Shown: piece by piece, positions 62,971 through 64,000 of the stretch
Layout of the letters: every line of letters starts with the position of its first letter
Position numbering within the stretch: the stretch's first letter is position 1
Assembly (NCBI GenBank): GCA_963764165.1
Contig: CAVXRD010000001.1
Location: 1,309,959 to 1,373,958, forward strand
Reading direction: 5' to 3'
DNA: 64,000 nt
Source of the DNA: an uncultured Verrucomicrobiae bacterium
Lineage (GTDB): Bacteria; Verrucomicrobiota; Verrucomicrobiia; Limisphaerales; Palsa-1400
Notes under the pieces: generated by a model
Database searches by the model: none
Told to the model about the DNA's origin: nothing
What the model saw: the letters and a program-made list of their open reading frames with translations, nothing else
Program-made: the position numbers and the translations under genes

Positions 62971-64000
62971 ATGAAATCGAAACTATTGCCCCTCATCGCC
63001 GCGATTTGCGCTCCCGCGTTCGTCCAGGCCCAAACCTCGCCCGCGCCCGAATTAAAGCCCGGCGATCACGTGGCCATCATCGGCGGCACGCTGGCGGACC
63101 GGTTCCAGCATTCCGGCTGGCTGGAAACGTACCTTTACACCAAATATCCCGATTGTAATTTGGTCTTTCGCGATCTCGCTGTGCCCGCGGACGAAGTTGC
63201 GCTGCGGCTCCGCCCGGCCGGGTTCGGCACGCCGGATGATTGGCTGACGAAGGTGCAGGCGGATGTCGTTTTCGCGTTTTTCGGATATAACGAATCGTTC
63301 CAAGGCAAGGATGGCTTGGACAAATTCAAATCCGACCTCGATTCATTCCTGAAAACAACCGCGGCGAAAAATTACTCCAGCAACGGGCATCCGCGCATTG
63401 TGCTCTTTTCGCCAATCGCCAATGAACGCACGGTCGATCCGAATTTTCCCGACCCCACCAAAAACAACGCGAATATCCGCCTTTACGCCGAAGCGATGGC
63501 GGAAGTCGCCCGCAAGGATGGCGTGCCGTTTGTGGATTTGTTTGGTCCGTCCGAACAAATGTTCGCCGAGGCGGCCAAGAGCAAACATTCGCTGACCATC
63601 AACGGAGCGTATTTATCGGATGAGGGCGACAAGGAACTGGCCAGCGCCATTACCCGCGCCTTCGCGGGCGTGCATTCCACCGCGCCCGCGGGCGAGGTCA
63701 ACGATCCTGAGCATGAGCGGCTGCGCGCGGCAATCAATGACAAGAACGCGCAGTGGGAAAACCGCTATCGCACGATCGACGGCAACAACGTCTACGGCGG
63801 GCGCTCCGATCTTTCGTATGCTCCCGGAAAAAGCATGGTATCAGACAGAAATGCGCCTGCTCCATACGTCTCCAATTTCAAAGTCATGGCGGAGGAAATG
63901 ACCCAGCGCGACACGCTGACGGCCAACCGCGACAAACGCATTTGGGCGCTGGCCAACGGGCGTGATCTCACAGTGGACGATTCCAATTTGCCGCCAGTGG
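62971..64000 (+). CDS. exported SGNH/GDSL-like hydrolase domain protein, N-terminal 343 codons; the gene runs off the right edge
   Basis: Not in the ORF track (open at the window end). My translation: MKSKLLPLIAAICAPAFVQAQTSPAPELKPGDHVAIIGGTLADRFQHSGWLETYLYTKYP...ADVVFAFFGYNESFQG...PRIVLFSPIANE...VPFVDLF...INGAYLSDEGDKELA... There is no stop through 64000. The blocks resemble the SGNH N-terminal domain of large PVC-type multidomain proteins. Confidence 0.6.
   Translation, partial: MKSKLLPLIAAICAPAFVQAQTSPAPELKPGDHVAIIGGTLADRFQHSGWLETYLYTKYPDCNLVFRDLAVPADEVALRLRPAGFGTPDDWLTKVQADVVFAFFGYNESFQGKDGLDKFKSDLDSFLKTTAAKNYSSNGHPRIVLFSPIANERTVDPNFPDPTKNNANIRLYAEAMAEVARKDGVPFVDLFGPSEQMFAEAAKSKHSLTINGAYLSDEGDKELASAITRAFAGVHSTAPAGEVNDPEHERLRAAINDKNAQWENRYRTIDGNNVYGGRSDLSYAPGKSMVSDRNAPAPYVSNFKVMAEEMTQRDTLTANRDKRIWALANGRDLTVDDSNLPPV

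Overview
High-GC chromosomal window, by gene content most likely from a PVC-superphylum bacterium (Verrucomicrobiota-like). The taxon call is inference. It rests on three prepilin-type DUF1559/H-X9-DG genes, several very large signal-peptide proteins that end in a QF[YF]R[LIVA] strand, and a very dense load of REP/MITE-like palindromic elements. Recognisable housekeeping genes are prs (partial), adk, fmt, mdh, an aconitase-family LeuC-type subunit, htpG, icd and tRNA-Pro(CGG). The accessory content has seven parts. (1) A cobalamin riboswitch with an intrinsic terminator sits in front of a 718-aa exported protein and a DUF1559 pseudopilin-like gene. (2) A minus-strand glycan-utilisation-like operon (Ig/CBM giant protein, DUF1559, two glycosidases) lies downstream of a NarL-type regulator. 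The regulator's likely partner kinase (beta-propeller/Y_Y_Y type) is separated from it by an oppositely oriented 881-aa gene bracketed by ~95-bp repeats. (3) A two-gene sensor kinase block lacks a DNA-binding partner. (4) A GH9-like / 2x ThuA / 2x LamG cluster is present. (5) There are two ParE/RelE-type toxin-antitoxin pairs, one flanked by direct copies of a ~170-bp self-complementary element. (6) A 5'-truncated, internally deleted group II intron lies just after icd. (7) There are at least eight families of short structured repeats, including one MITE with a clean 9-bp target-site duplication nested inside another repeat. No rRNA, CRISPR array, integrase or prophage was seen. All coordinates, translations and alignments were done by eye from the sequence and the ORF track. 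No database search was run.
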